Source: Bispira polyomma (taxonomy: Eukaryota). Taken from it: DNA of 64,000 nucleotides. The stretch is from assembly GCA_965649765.1 (NCBI GenBank), contig OZ287751.1:8680001-8744000 (forward strand). The letters run 5' to 3'. The notes beneath the pieces are model-generated. The model was not told the DNA's origin and did not search any database. It saw nothing but the letters and a program-made list of their open reading frames with translations. A program made the position numbers and the translations under genes. Positions 22,271 to 36,689 of the stretch are shown here, piece by piece; the stretch's first letter is position 1, and each line of letters opens with the position of its first letter.

Positions 22271-25200
22271 TTTACATGGAAAGGTCTCTTATTTTAATCG
22301 GCACCTCGATAAAAACCTTGTAAAATCCTCGCCATTCGCTGATGTTTACATACACCAAAGTGATACCCCTTTAAAGTTGGGAAAGGTTAAATCCCTGGCT
22401 TTTCAGCTTGTCTCTGAACCCTGAACTTCACTTCTAGTCAACAAACTTAGAGAGCAAAAAAAAAGAAAAGAAGAAACCCTCAAATCACTTCCCTGTGTTC
22501 CTTTGAAAAGAGATCAATTTCTTGAGAGCTAAAATCTTCCAGGACCTGACATTTTCCCTGCTAACAGCCCCCCCCCTCCCCCAAAACCTCCCCTCTTCCT
22601 CCCACTGATTGTGACAGACACTAATTTTATCCTCTGTTAGTTGGGAACATTTTTTTCTTTCTTTTGGGTGAAATGAAACTCCTTCATTTTTGAAGCAATT
22701 TCAGGGTAGCTCAGCTAAAGCCAAACTAATCTGATAACATTGGAATTCAATGGCAACCTTGATGATACGTTATTGGCAAAGGTGTCCTGCGCCCCTCGCC
22801 TTGTTATTTTGGGGTTATAGACAAGATTGTTCATTAGCTGAGAGTAAAAAGGGAGTTGTGGTGAGCATATAGAAGAGCGTGTTACCCCCTTGTTGATAAC
22901 ATGGCGTACTGCAGGCATCATAGTTCTCATATCACTGGCGCGTCAACCACTTTTTTTCAATAGATTACGAAAATCTATGGGTTATCATATGGGTGACATT
23001 TTAATATCACAAATACATTGTATCACCATGACTGTCATGGTATCAATCATGAGTAACTGATATATGTCACAAAGTAGCGCCCATATTATACACAACCTAT
23101 TGTACAAAGCTATATTTATTGTGTTTCTTCATGCTAGCCCCAAAACTTACTATGCGCTGCTATAAGGTGCTCGATGCACCAAAAAAAGGGTCACAAAGGA
23201 AATATGTGGCTAAAACTAACTTTTCGTTTTGGTTATGGCGGAGTGCCATAAAATTTTATATACTTTACCTTGCAATTAAAAAAAAACCCCTTACTTGGGA
23301 ATTTTTTTCACAAAACAGGTCGCAAAGTGATTGATGTCATAATGATGTATTATTTGATACTAATATGTCTAAAAAGTCAAATCCTGCCTTTTCCAGTAAT
23401 GTAAACATAAATACATAAATACATAAAATGCAGATTAAAAACGCATAAACTAGTTTTCTAAAATCGCAAATACAAGTAAAATCGCCAGCGCAGATGCAAA
23501 CGCTCCAACAGAAAATGAGTCTCCAGCCTTTTTATACACATTCTCTGTAATCCCAAAGCGCAAATATTTTAAATTTGCTGAGTCATCTTGCATTTATCAC
23601 ACATGATTTACAATCAGTAAATTAGACAAAAATAGAAAATTCCTTTCATGGGCATAAACATAGATATCTGTCTATACAGATATATATATGGGCTAGGTTT
23701 GTTTATTCCCCCAAATCTCCTATTTACTCACACTCTTTATATTTATGTCTCCATCAGGAGCAATTACATCTGATAGATACCAACAAGTATTCAATTTCCA
23801 CCCCAGAATCTCAAATATCAACCCATTCCTGAAAGTAAAGTAAATCGGGGGGTGTGTTGGCAAAGTACATTTTTACTCTCCAAAATCTGTGTCTTCCTAT
23901 AATCCAAAAAAACAAAAATCTTGCTCAAATGGGAAAGTTTTTACAGAGGTCTTACTTGGTGTAAGTAGATGGTTTAATAGTTATTTTTTCTGCCACCAAT
24001 AAATCTGGCCCTGACAATTCGATCAAAGATGTTGAAAATGAACCAAACAAATCCAGATAAATTCCATTGCAAGATTAGACTTTTTATCAATGTAGAGGTA
24101 TTATGGTTCCTTTTTATGGTTGGTTTATTCACAACTGTAGCAGAGACATGACAAACTAAATAAAGAGCTGTGTGCGTCAACTGGATAGACTATGGTAAAG
24201 ATGTAAATATAAATAGGTCCTTATACTATAGACCAGCTGTTATGTAAGAATACCCCTGAAGCCCATTAACTTTATTAAAAGACTTCAGCGGAAACCGGAA
24301 GTAGAGCTAAAAGTCCTGGAGGGAATAACATATACCAATTACATTTAGCACAGTAAAGTGGAGAAAATTAGGATATGTTGGCAAATTGGCAACATATAAG
24401 CCAAAGAACACTTCTAAATTCACTAAATCATTATCGTTATGTACATTTTCACGAAAGCAACCGTTATGGAACAGTTATTCATTTTTTATGTTATTGTGGT
24501 GGTTTTTTTTTTAACTTGCAGGATTTAAAACAAAATGTGTGGCAGATTTTCTGTTCTATGCTGTACCTTGTTCTCTGGCATACTGCGGCTAATAGGAGCT
24601 CCTATTGAGGTTTATTTGGCCAGCAAATTCTGCACACTTTAGTAGCTGCTAGTGTTCAATCCCAATAAGGTAACCTTAACTAAGACACTTCAGTTGATCT
24701 TAAGCTGCTCCAGAATATCTGGCCAAAAAGTTGACCTTCTGAGCATAGGGAGTGTTTACATAAAAATGTACAGATGAATCATATAGAAAAAAAACTCTAT
24801 TTCTTTGTTATTCTAGATTAATTGTATCATTTAAGTCGTTCATTGGAGGAAGTTATAAGGAGCCACATAGAACTAAGACTTTGTGTCATATTTTTTAACC
24901 TTATAGTGATTCTAACTAGGGGTGCTTGTTAACAAGATCGAGGAAGGGGGTGGGGCGGGGATGGGGTCTTTGGGGCTGCACAATAATTGCCTAAAAGACG
25001 GCTAGGAAGCATTTCCGTCTGATTGGAGATGGGAATGTTTGATCCACTCTAGCAGATTATATCATCGGGCTACAGAAAAATGGAATGACATTCAGCAGAA
25101 AAAACAACAACCTTCCTACCGTCTGTCCATTCACCCTACATTATTTTACTTGTTGGTATGAAATTTCTTTACAAATTTATAGATTTTTCTTTCGACATAG

Positions 25201-25394
25201 GTTTGATGTATATAGTTAAATAAATTATAAGCAATTGTCACTTGTTTTAAACTAGGACAATATATTAATTACAGAATGCTGTTAATATTTCAGTGCACAT
25301 TAGTATGTTAATCAAGGTTTTTTCTCGCATCCGCTAGTGAGTTTGTTGACCTCGTACCAGACTTATTTAAAAACAAGCCATTGAAACTGATTTA

Positions 25395-25760
25395 TAATAA
25401 TAAATAATAATATAACACCAGATTTATACAGCACCCTATCCATTCATAGAAATGCTCTAAAGCGCTTTACAATGAATCATTGAGTAGGTATAATTATACA
25501 ATGCAGTACAATAAAATATATACACTGTTTGCTAAAATAGTGCTTACTCAAGATTTAATAATGCTGCTTACAGCTAGGTATTTCACCAAGAAAAAGCTAA
25601 AATTAGTTACTCCAAAGCATATGCTGTTTAAAAAAAATGTGTTAAGACCTAAAGGACCCTAAGATCCTAGCATGTTTGACGTTATCTGGCAAATCATTCC
25701 ATAATACAACTTGGTAGAGGATAGCACTCTGCCGAATGCTCTTCTATTAATCATACATAG
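25395..25760 (-). mobile_element. L2-type LINE 3' end fragment
   Basis: Minus strand has a WNDLPDNV-like ORF2 end, then CATTGTAAAGCGCTTTAGAGCATT...GCTGTATAAAT and a (TTA) tail. Confidence 0.55.
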
Positions 25761-26306
25761 CCATAAAGTAGAATATTAGGTGTTATTTTAGATCATAGAC
25801 GTCCTACTATGACATATATAGTGAACACTCCATCACAAGCATCATAAACATTTATCAATATCAATGTTAGATCAAATTGATTCTGTATATTCTACTCTGT
25901 CATATACATAGCCATAACTATGTATGCATTAAAAATTCAGTACTGATAGAACTTTGGACAAAATAATGTCCAAACTTCCCCACAAACATGTGTACTCTGC
26001 CCCAAAAATTGTTGTGTGCCTAGCTGCAGTGGAGGTAATCAGTATTGACCTTTGAATTGGCCCAGCACAGTGTTCCTTAATTAGGACTGTCCCTGAGGGA
26101 GCTCTTTGATGACCAATTGCATTAGTTGACCACTGGCCATATCCCAGGAAACACTAAACTAACCCAAATTAGGAGGTGATCTGGTTTCATGTGGAGAAGT
26201 AAACAGATCTAAAGAGATGTGACATTAGCACAAAGCACTTTTCTCTGTGTGAATGAATGTGTTACCACTACAGCACCAAGGTCTGGAGGGATTCGGTTTG
26301 GGTTTT

Positions 26307-26572
26307 GGGGCCGCGGTGGCCTAGTGGTTAGCAAGTATTGCACTTCACAATCACTGGTCTCTCACCTCTGGGCGGCGTGAGTTCGAATACTGTCGATGCC
26401 TATGTGGGAAAGGTGGTACATGCAGTTCCTTACTGTGGGCTGCTGGCTTCAGTGCAGCACCTTGATCAACTGTATGCAGTGTTTCCTCCAGCGTTTCCAA
26501 CTATCCGTCCCAATATAACCTAAACAGGTACTAGAGTGAACAATAAATATCCAAATTCAAAAAAAAAAAAAA
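26307..26572 (+). mobile_element. full-length tRNA-derived SINE family A, recent insertion
   Basis: A-box TGGCCTAGTGG, B-box GAGTTCGAATAC and poly(A) tail. Perfect 16-bp TSD ATTCGGTTTGGGTTTT (26291-26306 and 26573-26588). Confidence 0.92.
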
Positions 26573-28170
26573 ATTCGGTTTGGGTTTTACTTTTAAAAAC
26601 TAGAGATTGTATCAGGACAGCCAGTTTATTGATGGAGGTAAGCAGGTGTACGTAAGGACTTGGTATCTCGAGTGCAACTTATATCACAAACATAATGTTA
26701 TGGTAATAGCGTAAACAATATATTTATTATATAATCACCGCACAGGGTCTTAAGTTACTTTATATTGGAAAAGCATGAACAATATATTTATTATATTATA
26801 ATCACACAGGGTCTTAAGTTACTCCATATGTGATATTACACATTCTTCAAATAACAACTATGTTATATGATGTAACACATATAGTATCACTCCCCACATA
26901 TGTTTCAGGACAGTTTTTCTTTTCACGATTTTAATTTGAGGGATGAGGCACAGGCCAAAGAAGAATCCCATATCTTTTGTAGCAGATCTTGGTAGAAAGG
27001 CTGATCCAGGAATATTTCTCGCTTTCTTGGCAGAGACTTGCCTTGGAGAAGATATCCACTCTACTAAAGTAGCTTTCTAGTTCCATCCATTCCATCAGGA
27101 CAGTTTCGCAAGCCACTGAGACTAGTTAATACTGTCTTTATGGTGAATAGCTAAATTACATAAATCATCATGCAATCCCATTATTGGGATTGTTTAACCA
27201 GATTAGACTTCATAACCATTGACCATATTCATAGTACAATTGCTGTGCAAACTTCTCTCAGGTATGCATGCTATTACAAGAGTGCCACGGTTAAAGTTCG
27301 GCAGCAAAAGTATCCGTGGCCCATTGACACATTCATCTCACCAAAGTTCATGGGAATCAGTAGTTTTTGTGTAATCTTGGTGACAAACAAAAATTGACAC
27401 ATTAATTCTCAATGCAGGAAAACATGTTACATAGTGACATGGAGGCTATAGCAACTGTTTTAATTATATATTCTAATATGGGAGTGAGGGGTGAGGGAAG
27501 CTTCAGTCATCAATTCTAACTTGTTTAAAAGTATGGTAAAATCTGGATCTACTTGTAAGAACAGTCGAGACCGCTTATACCTCCATACCGTATTTGATGA
27601 CAATTTGTTTTAGTTCCCCTCTCAAACATGTTTGTGTTTCCTATCCCTTTAATAGTGGTTAAATTCTTTGTATATATATATGCCCTTGGTTTTGTCAAGG
27701 GTTATATTCCATAAATTCAGTCAAACTCAATGTTAGTAAAGCCCTCTCCCCACCGACAAAGTAAGGGCAAGCCTTTGTTTAACCTCCAATAGGAACGAGT
27801 CTGTCAGTCTTTAAATCTAGGTCAATGTACAGTTTAGGAGAAAAACACCCTTAAAATAGCTGGGCTCCATTTTATCTGTGGTGTTTCCGCTTGCTGAATG
27901 AGTCCTGTTTAGCCCTTGTAATCTTGTGTGTCTCTAGAACCAGATTGCAAGGTAAATGACTGCTATTCCTAAGGCATTTCCACCTAAATGGCTGCAATTA
28001 AATGTAGTAAAGAGTGGGATGAGGAGGAGGGTTGGATTGCAAAGCTTCTGTCAAAGGCCTCTCAAGGTCCTTAGGGTTAACCGAGTGTAGTCCAGTTACT
28101 TTCTCGTTACCTTTTTTATGATATGGGGGGATAAAAAAGAGGGAGGGGCAGGTGGGGGGGATAGGGTTAA

Positions 28171-28460
28171 GCATACGTTCTCATGAACATGATTTGTTGC
28201 AACCAAAGGCCGATATTCGATTACAAAAATTGGATGTTGCTGTTCTCATATAAACAACACCAGGATCGCATATAATAGTTAAAATCAATATTTCTAGACA
28301 CTTAGCACATGTGATTTCTAATCTAAATGCTGTTTTTTTTCCATTCCTAAAGCAAAAAATTCAGACTCGTATACACGAGAACAAATAAACATATTTTATG
28401 AAGAGATATGTCACATATTGGTCATCGGTTGTTGCAAATCACATACATGAGAACATTGGC
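28171..28460. mobile_element. PIF/Harbinger-like MITE
   Basis: Terminal inverted repeats GCATACGTTCTCATGAACATGATTTG / CAAATCACATACATGAGAACATTGGC, with TAA on both flanks (3-bp TWA TSD). Confidence 0.65.
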
Positions 28461-29289
28461 TAAGGCTTTAGGGTTGAGGGAGGGGGGGGAGGGGTTGTAG
28501 TTTAGCTGTCATTGAGGACAATGACAGAATTGCAATAGACAATGGCTTACATCAAACACAGGTAAATAGTAGTGTAAAAATATGTAGCAGGAACCTTCAC
28601 TTCTTTATGTGTGTGTGACTTTATGGATCACATTATAACATTTATATGGTTTGTTGTTTTCCTGTAAGAAACACCTATTTAACAGTATATAAATACATAT
28701 GAACTTTATGTCACTGTTACAGATTCCAGGAGTACAAGTATAAAAGTGTATGTACCACTCATGTTCTTGTTCAGATATTTGCCTGGGCTTGACCATATTG
28801 TACTTGCAGTTGGGTGCCATTTGCCTGGTGAATAAAAACCTTCACACTATTTGATACTGAGAGTATGTCCTCACGTGACTCACGTTTACTTCCTGTTGGC
28901 TATCAAGAAGTCAATGTGGCCAATTTTACACATGGCTAATCCGGAAGTACATGTATTTACCTGACAATCATTGGCTTCCAATGCTGCTGCTTTAGGGAAA
29001 CAGGGGATATAGGTAATTTACACTTACTGTGAACTATGGACATAATAGAAAGGGTTTTAGTAGTGCTGGCCAATATAGTCAGGTGATTTATATATAAAAA
29101 ACAATTGCTGCAAGATAGTCTAGTATGATATGTTTCTCCAGACAACTGGCTTGACGTAAAAACTAAATTCTGACTCATCGCTTCCATTTTACAAAAACAA
29201 TTGTTTATCTTAGACACATACAAAGACATGGAAAAATATATGTAAGCATTAAATAAAATATATGTTGGAATTAATGCAAACATAAAATA

Positions 29290-29592
29290 TTTGAGGTAAT
29301 AGCCCTTCTGGTTTGTCTGTTAAACCCAACAGGAAGGCTGGATCCAGAGCTTTCTCCATCACAGCCCCCTTGTTATGAAACAGTCTTCCAGTTGACCTCA
29401 GATCACAAGAAATACTTATCGGTTTTAGGAAAAAATACTTTAAAACCCCATCTTTTTAGCCTTGCTTACCTACCTTAGTTCCCTCCTTACTTGTTCTGTC
29501 CATGGAATATACGATTGGCATACTAATTCTGTTGTTGCGCTTTAGAAGACGTCTAGCATTAATAAAGCGTGTCAACGATGTACAATAATAAT
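29290..29592 (+). mobile_element. L2 LINE 3' fragment
   Basis: RAFSITAPLL*NSLPVDLRSQEILIGFRKKY/LKPHLFSLAYLP plus the 3' UTR motif GTTGCGCTTTAGAAGACGTCTAGCATTAATAAAGCG shared with 10790-10870. Confidence 0.75.
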
Positions 29593-30076
29593 CATTATGC
29601 AGAACTCTGATTATAAGTAAAATATAAAATGTGACTTTATATTCCATTTGCAAGAATAATGGTTGATCCACAAACATAGTTATGGACAACTATGTAATCA
29701 CGGTATAAGATATAAACTGAAATTTCTCGTTTTTTTTTCCGAAGGGGTTTGCCTGAATTTATATTTTGATAATTTTTTATTTGGTTATAACAAGTTTCTC
29801 CTCCTGGTTTACTGTCTACTGCTGCAACCTTGCAGGTAAATTTAATTAGTGACCAAATCAACTTTCAATAAGATTTGTCATTCTCTGCACTAGTGATTGG
29901 TAAATAGAAATGTTGGCCTATTTCCATATTTATTAGGTGGTCACTTGTCTTCATTACTTGAATTATGCAGCACCAGTTGACACATCAGCACCAGCTTGAG
30001 ACAGCAAACCTTTTCTTACTTAAAGAACAGAACCTCATGTGTTCAGGCAAAATAATTAGATCACCGAAGAATTAGA

Positions 30077-30268
30077 TGGGGCGGTGGGGGCCTAGTTGTA
30101 AAACGTGTCTGCTTTACAATCATTGGCCTCTCACCAATGTGGGTTTGAATCCTGTTTGTTTCTTTATGTGGGAAAGTTTGTCAGGTACTTGCTGTAGATC
30201 GGATGACCACCTAAAGCTCAGGTTACTTCCACTATTGGGTGCTACACACCAAGTGACAGGCTAAATAA
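30077..30268 (+). mobile_element. tRNA-derived SINE family B
   Basis: GGGGCGGTGGGGGCCTAGTTG head, GGGTTTGAATCC B-box and ATGTGGGAAAGTTTGTCAGGTACTTG body. Confidence 0.7.
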
Positions 30269-31844
30269 ACTTAGAGCACTTATAAAAAAGGCCATCTTAA
30301 AGCCTGTGTCTTTAGAACTTTGGGTGTATTCAGTCAGATTTTACCAGCTTTTATTGTATGCAAAGATACATCATGACATATTTTAGGATCATGGTGAGCT
30401 TAACGCTTTTTACTCCAACATTAAACTATCGCCAGGAACTTAAGGAATATTTTACAGATAGCTTGAGTCATTGAACACAGAGTACGTCTGGTATTCAATA
30501 CCAGCCCCACGTAAAATATTTTTTAAGCAGGGAATTGCTGTCAACCCTAGCCAACAACAAAGGCGGCAAAGGGTTAAGGTTAAGGTGTCTCAAAACATTG
30601 AACCCTCATATCCTAAATTAAGGTTCGTTATATTGAATAAACAAGAAATGATGCTGGGATAATTCAAATTTATAATTCCATGATGACGTGACATTATTGC
30701 TTAATATAGAAATGATATAATATTTTTACAAGTGTTTTTGTCTATTTTTTTTCACTTATAAACCGTACATTAATAATTACACCATATCTTCTATGCATTA
30801 GTTTGAAAAACAGTAAAAATTAACAGTAACAACAAAAACAAAAAACAAACACATAATAAAGTTTGTCACAGGAAATGTACAGTCCAGATTTTAAAGTTCA
30901 AAATAAAACTCGTACTAATATAAAAAATAAGCCATAAAGGCGTAACACTTAGACGCGGAAGGATTTATGACTTTCTGTAATAGAAGAAAATGGAATGCAT
31001 TTCAGCAGTTACATTACCCAACAGAGCATTATTCAATTATCACTGGCATAGAGCCGCCATTTTAGTTTTAATGGGGGGAAAGGCTTGAAATTGGTTTGAT
31101 TAATTTCATGCCACAGGATATAATTTTTCACTCTTTCTTTCTTTTTTTCTTTCCTTATAAAGAACTGTTATTGATAAAAAGAGCCATTTCCACCCCTTGT
31201 ATGACTTTTTTACGAAGAAATATCTGCACATTATGCTGACGACTGTTGCATGATAAAAGACCATATTGTGGCAGAAAAATGATGTAAAAGACAGAGTGAA
31301 AGCCATCTGTGTCCACATAATCGGAGAAGTGCAGACAAACACATTTCTCATACCAGAAAGAAGGAGAAAATAACTTGGCACAGGTATTGAGGATGCCTGA
31401 ACCAAGGAAAAAAACATTTATATTTCATAATCTCGAAGACACAACCTTAATTGTTCACATCATTTATCTCTATTTGCTACATACTTTGAGCTCATGGTAA
31501 GGAGGGTTCTTACTTCTTTCCATTGTACATTACTTATTCTTAGACTGAAACCTATGGCTGGTATTTACAAATATTCTTATTCTTAAATTGAAACCAGAAC
31601 TGGTGTTCCAGAAGAGTCGTATTATTAAATTGAAATCTGGGTCTGATATTCACAAATATTCTTATTATTAAACATGTGTCTCCACTAATTTGATTAGCTG
31701 AAAGTAATATTGTTACAGTGAATCTGATTGGCTTTGAAAATTCTAGGAATTGTATTCCAAGAATGTTTGTTAATAAACTTCACAAGAGGGTAATACTTTG
31801 TTAGTTATAAAAAGTAATTGTTTATCTTTGGATAATATTTTGCT

Positions 31845-32075
31845 CAAGACTACGAGAAAACTTCTGGCAATTTGCCATAGTGCAAAAATGCGAAAAGAAT
31901 TCCTGGATTCACAATGCCTCATTGATTTGTTTCCAAATTTACTGGCTTATTCATAGGCCATGGCACAGCCTGCCACCAAATTTCATATACACTGGCTATA
32001 AGTAGTGTTTGTGCAATCCTGGTGACAAACAGGCCAACAAATGTACATTTGCAAAAATATAACCTTCTTGACTTT
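31845..32075 (-). mobile_element. HINE-like element fragment
   Basis: Shares CACCAAATTTCAT, TGCAATCCTGGTGACAAAC and AAAATATAACCTTCTTG with the 3848, 7686 and 55092 family. Confidence 0.5.
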
Positions 32076-32664
32076 AGTCAAACATAGTGATATCCTTAGC
32101 TTACTCCCGTAAATATAAGAAGGCCTCTGTATATGCTACTGCAGATTAGGTGTGAGAATACGTATCTGACTTTGCATAAGGATAGACCCTTGTATTCAAA
32201 TATTTTGCCAGAGTGAAGTTAAGTAAAACATATTCAAACATTATTCCTAAAACTGCTGTATTATTATTTACAAAACCTTTTTTTCTGTATTAATGTAAGA
32301 TTTATATGGTCCAACAATACATGCTGAAGGTACACACTAAAATGACACTTTGCAATTCTTACTTACTAGCATCAACTAATAAAATATTACTGTTGGTAGT
32401 TTTAAACTTTCAAAAAAAAAATCATAGCAGCTTTCAGAAACTTTTTAAATAACAGCATGTCTATTTGTTACAACTACAAACAGTATATAACAGGCAGGAC
32501 GCACCCCTAACCCCCACTCCCAACACACACAAAAACCCATACCCGCATGCTAATTTGGAGGAATAATATTGGACAACATCTCAGCACTGCTGATTTACAA
32601 CCTTTATTTCTAAAATACCAGTATATCAGTTTGCTGCAACTACAAGTAGTATACAAGATCTCCC

Positions 32665-32696
<32 letters not shown>

Positions 32697-33868
32697 TTCT
32701 AAATTGTAAGAATGAAATCGGACAAAGTCTTAGCAGTGCTGATCTACATCCTCTATTTTATCCCCCCCTCCTAATACCATGTCTCCTATGACAGTTTTGT
32801 ACACATCATTGCCTTCATATCCTGATTTCTTGTGATGCCAGTTGACAGTTTGGTAACAACAACATTCGGATCATTGTCGCGTATGCGAGAAATCCTCAAA
32901 TCACCCTTGTATAGTTACTGCTCAATCAAAATAATGTAATCCATCTCATTTTGTCAGCTGTCTCTTTTTGTACGTTTTTGTACGTAATGTCACATGACAA
33001 TCCTGACATATCCTGATGACGTCATGGCCACTATCTGGCTATGACGGAGCTTGTCATCATTTATGTCTATATCTAAAGAAATAAGATGAAAGCAGTCTCA
33101 TTTAGGCGTGAAATTGCATTAGATAAACATAATTTAAAGTGTTTCAATGTACATCCCAGTTTTGTGATAATCAATGGTGTATGGTCTCAGCTTTATTCTT
33201 CCTTAACTTTCCCTACCCAGTTACATGTTTATTCCAGCGTCTCCTTGGATACAACCACCTTCCGGAAAAACACATTACCAGACTTTAATATAATCATGTC
33301 ATATGCGCTTTAGAACCCACCTTAATGGAGATTAAGCGCAAAACAAGTTTGATTAGGTTGGAGATTAGATTAGATTAACTTTGAGTTTCTTTATAATTTG
33401 AATTACTCTCAGATAAACAAACCATAATCTTGGTCAGCAGTATAATAGCACTTTCTATTAAAACATACTACAATAACTACTATACGAATCAATGATGTCA
33501 CTATACATGTATTTAGTTTAGTGGGGTTTAACTTTGCATTGAACACCATTGTATTATTTAATGAGATAGAGTTTATTGGTGGAGGAAAAAGCAGTAGAGA
33601 TTAGTTATTCAAGATTTCTACACTGTAAACCACCAATTTCTATGTGATACAGTAATTACTGCGACTACCAATCATACTGTTAACTCGAGGCAACTGCAAC
33701 ACCCAACATTATCACTAGAATAAGCCATTGGTTTAAGGCACAGTTACGGTAATTACTACAAGAATCAAAGATGTCACAAGTAGGTGTTAAGTAGAACTTA
33801 ATACAGTATTACGACCAAAACAACTAATAACATCACTACCACTCTTGTAGGTTTTCGTCTGCAGTAGG

Positions 33869-34612
33869 ACATAATATGGTAACTAGTACAACTATCAAGG
33901 CTGTCACTAGAGTGTGTGCTTCTATTAAGACATAATATGGTAACTAAGTACAACTATCAAGGTTGTCACTAGAGTGTGTGCTTCTATTAAGACATAATAT
34001 GGTAACTAAGTACAACCATCAAGGTTATCACTAGAGTATGTGCTTCTATTAAGACATAATATGGTAACTAGTACAACCATCAAGGCTGTCACTAGAGTGT
34101 GTGCTTCTATTAACACATAATATGGTAACTAAGTACAACCATCAAGGCTGTCACTAGAGTAAGTGCTTCTATTAACACATAATATGGTAACTAAGTACAA
34201 CTATCAAGGCTGTCACTAGAGTAGGTGCTTCTATTAACACATAATATGGTAACTAGGTACAACCATCAAGGCTGTCACTAGAGTGTGTGCTTCTATTAAC
34301 ACATAATATGGTAACTAAGTACAACCTTTAAGGCTGTCACTAGAGTGTGTGCTTCTATTAACACATAATATGGTAACTAAGTACAACCTTTAAGGCTGTC
34401 ACTAGAGTGTGTGCTTCTATTAACACATAATATGGTAATTAAGTACAACCTTTAAGCCTGTCACTAGAGTGTGTGCTTCTATTAACACATAATATGGTAA
34501 CTAAGTACAACCTTTAAGGCTGTCACTAGAGTGTGTGCTTCTATTAAAACATAATATGGTAACTAGTACAACCATCAAGACTGTCACTAGAGTATGTGCT
34601 TCTACTAATAAT
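33869..34612. repeat. ~61-62-bp minisatellite, about 12 copies
   Basis: Unit CATAATATGGTAACTAAGTACAACCATCAAGGCTGTCACTAGAGTGTGTGCTTCTATTAACA repeated head-to-tail with no spacers. Confidence 0.95.
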
Positions 34613-35524
34613 AATACAATATTACTACAAAACCCCCATGACACCACTACCACATATAGAGGATATCATCCGTCTATTTCTTGCTGGTTTTTTCTCCATC
34701 TTACACTCTGTACATAATTGATGAGGGCTGATCATCTTCCCCCCCTCCTCCTCCCCCTGGTTGATGCCATAGTAACCCTCCAAGGTCTAGTTACAGCCAC
34801 TTCATCCCCCCCCCCTACCCCAACCCTAGTCCTTGTCAATCCATCCCTAGCCACTGGACTTGACCTGTACACAAACTCCTTGCACCCCCTCCTTTTCTCA
34901 ACGCATCTATCACTATCACTTTGCATCATACTAAAGGTGTAAGAGCTTTATGATGACAATGTATCCACAGGCATATTTTCTGTCTTTATAATATATAAAC
35001 AGGTTCCTTGTATTTATTTATTTATTTATTTATATACAGATTTAATTAATACATGGTAAAGAATATTAGTTTTTAACCTCGAGTTAAAAAGAAACTAGAT
35101 TTATTAATCTTCACCTTAAGTAAAAATATAAAGAGTTTTAGTCTGAATCAGTATGTCCCCAATAATTTATGAACAATTTGAGGCCTATGTGCACTCTGTT
35201 TGTCAGTTTTAGAAGTCAGTGGTTTGGCAAAATATCAGTTAGTATAACCCAAACTCAAGATGTTTATTGACATAAATTTAAAAAAAAATTTTTTTACTTT
35301 TTAAAAAAGTCTAAATTTAAATAACTCAATCTCAATGAACCACAGTACATCAATATCAGAGTAGTAAAATGGTACTCGAGCTCTAAGAATTTTTCACAAA
35401 TGTATCGTCAGAACTAATTTCACGAATTAATAGACAGCTGCTGTGTTTAGGTACAATAACCGGTGTGAGTGTTGGAAATATTAGGTCTTTATAACCCTAC
35501 AAATGTGTGAGGTTATATAACTTA

Positions 35525-36089
35525 TTATTATACCTCTGCGGCGAATCAAGTGATCCTATTGGTTAAAATGCCATAATGTGATAACATATTTCCTGATATG
35601 GCACGGGAGTCGAGGGCCATATCACTGCAGCGGACCAAATCACTTGCAAAGGTTAGCAAGCCCCATTGGCGGTAATATTTTAGAAATTGAATAATGGTTA
35701 CATATATTTAACTTATATAACTTTAAATTACATCAAAACTGGTACTTTCCTCCATTTTATTAAAGTTATTGCTAATGCGCCAAAATCCCCGAGGACTGAA
35801 CTCATCATGGGAGTTAGGGGCACTACTAAACCTCAGAGCTCCGCAAATATGGATGTCGTGTCTCTTATTCCAGTCTCTAATTGGAAGACTACTAAGTATA
35901 TTTATTAAAAATTCTCAAAAATGCTTCGGTATAATAAACAGAATATAAGCTGTTTGTGAGGGCCATACTAGAATATATACATCCTTGGTTAGCACAATAT
36001 GGTTTTTATTCCATATTCCCTTTTCCATATTGGCCTGACCTCGGGTGCATATTTCCCAGTATGGCGCTCACAAACAGCTTATATTCTGT
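35525..36089. mobile_element. Crypton-like non-autonomous element
   Basis: TTATTATACC (35525) / GGTATAATAA (35928) inverted pair, followed by a perfect 23-bp inverted repeat ACAGAATATAAGCTGTTTGTGAG (35938-35960) / CTCACAAACAGCTTATATTCTGT (36067-36089). Confidence 0.6.
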
Positions 36090-36689
36090 AAATATTATAC
36101 ACTGCTTCTGAAATACAAAACAAAAATGAGTATACTATGCATGGGGACTCAGGAAAGTGATACATGGCATGATACCAGTAAGGTATGATCAATAAGTAAA
36201 GCTATGCCTCCTAGAGAGAGACCAACTGTATTAAGGGTAACCACATGTTCATAAAGACCCTAAGGAAGAATACAGTGTAGAAATGTTTTAAGTAAATAAG
36301 ATCAATTACCTTAAGCAAAATGTTGATGCAAAAATATATACACAGCTGATTTGATATACCATTATTTCGAAGGTGATAAAAGTCACTATAGTGCTGTGGA
36401 TGTTACTCGGTATATATAGTTATGGTGACAAAAAAGTCGTCCTGAAGAATGTGAGTAACTATAAATGTGACATAAGTGTAGAATCAAATATATTATAATC
36501 TATATCACATAAATAGAATATCAGTCCACAGGGCTAGGCCCAGAGCGGGACACAATACAATAATGATAACACCAGCAAATAGCATTCATTGGGCATTTAT
36601 TAAAATGTCTACTCTAACATGTAATGTTAACGTATTAGTTTGTTACACATTTACTATTCTACACAAATACACAGGGGCGACCATTATTT

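Noticed and set aside
26931-27116. 61-aa minus-strand ORF faintly like a Gypsy gag fragment
   Set aside because: Too short and weak, with no LTR or pol nearby.
33869-34612. CRISPR-like regular array (also 2929-3359 and 48944-49900)
   Set aside because: Units are contiguous with no unique spacers, there are no cas genes, and the context is eukaryotic.
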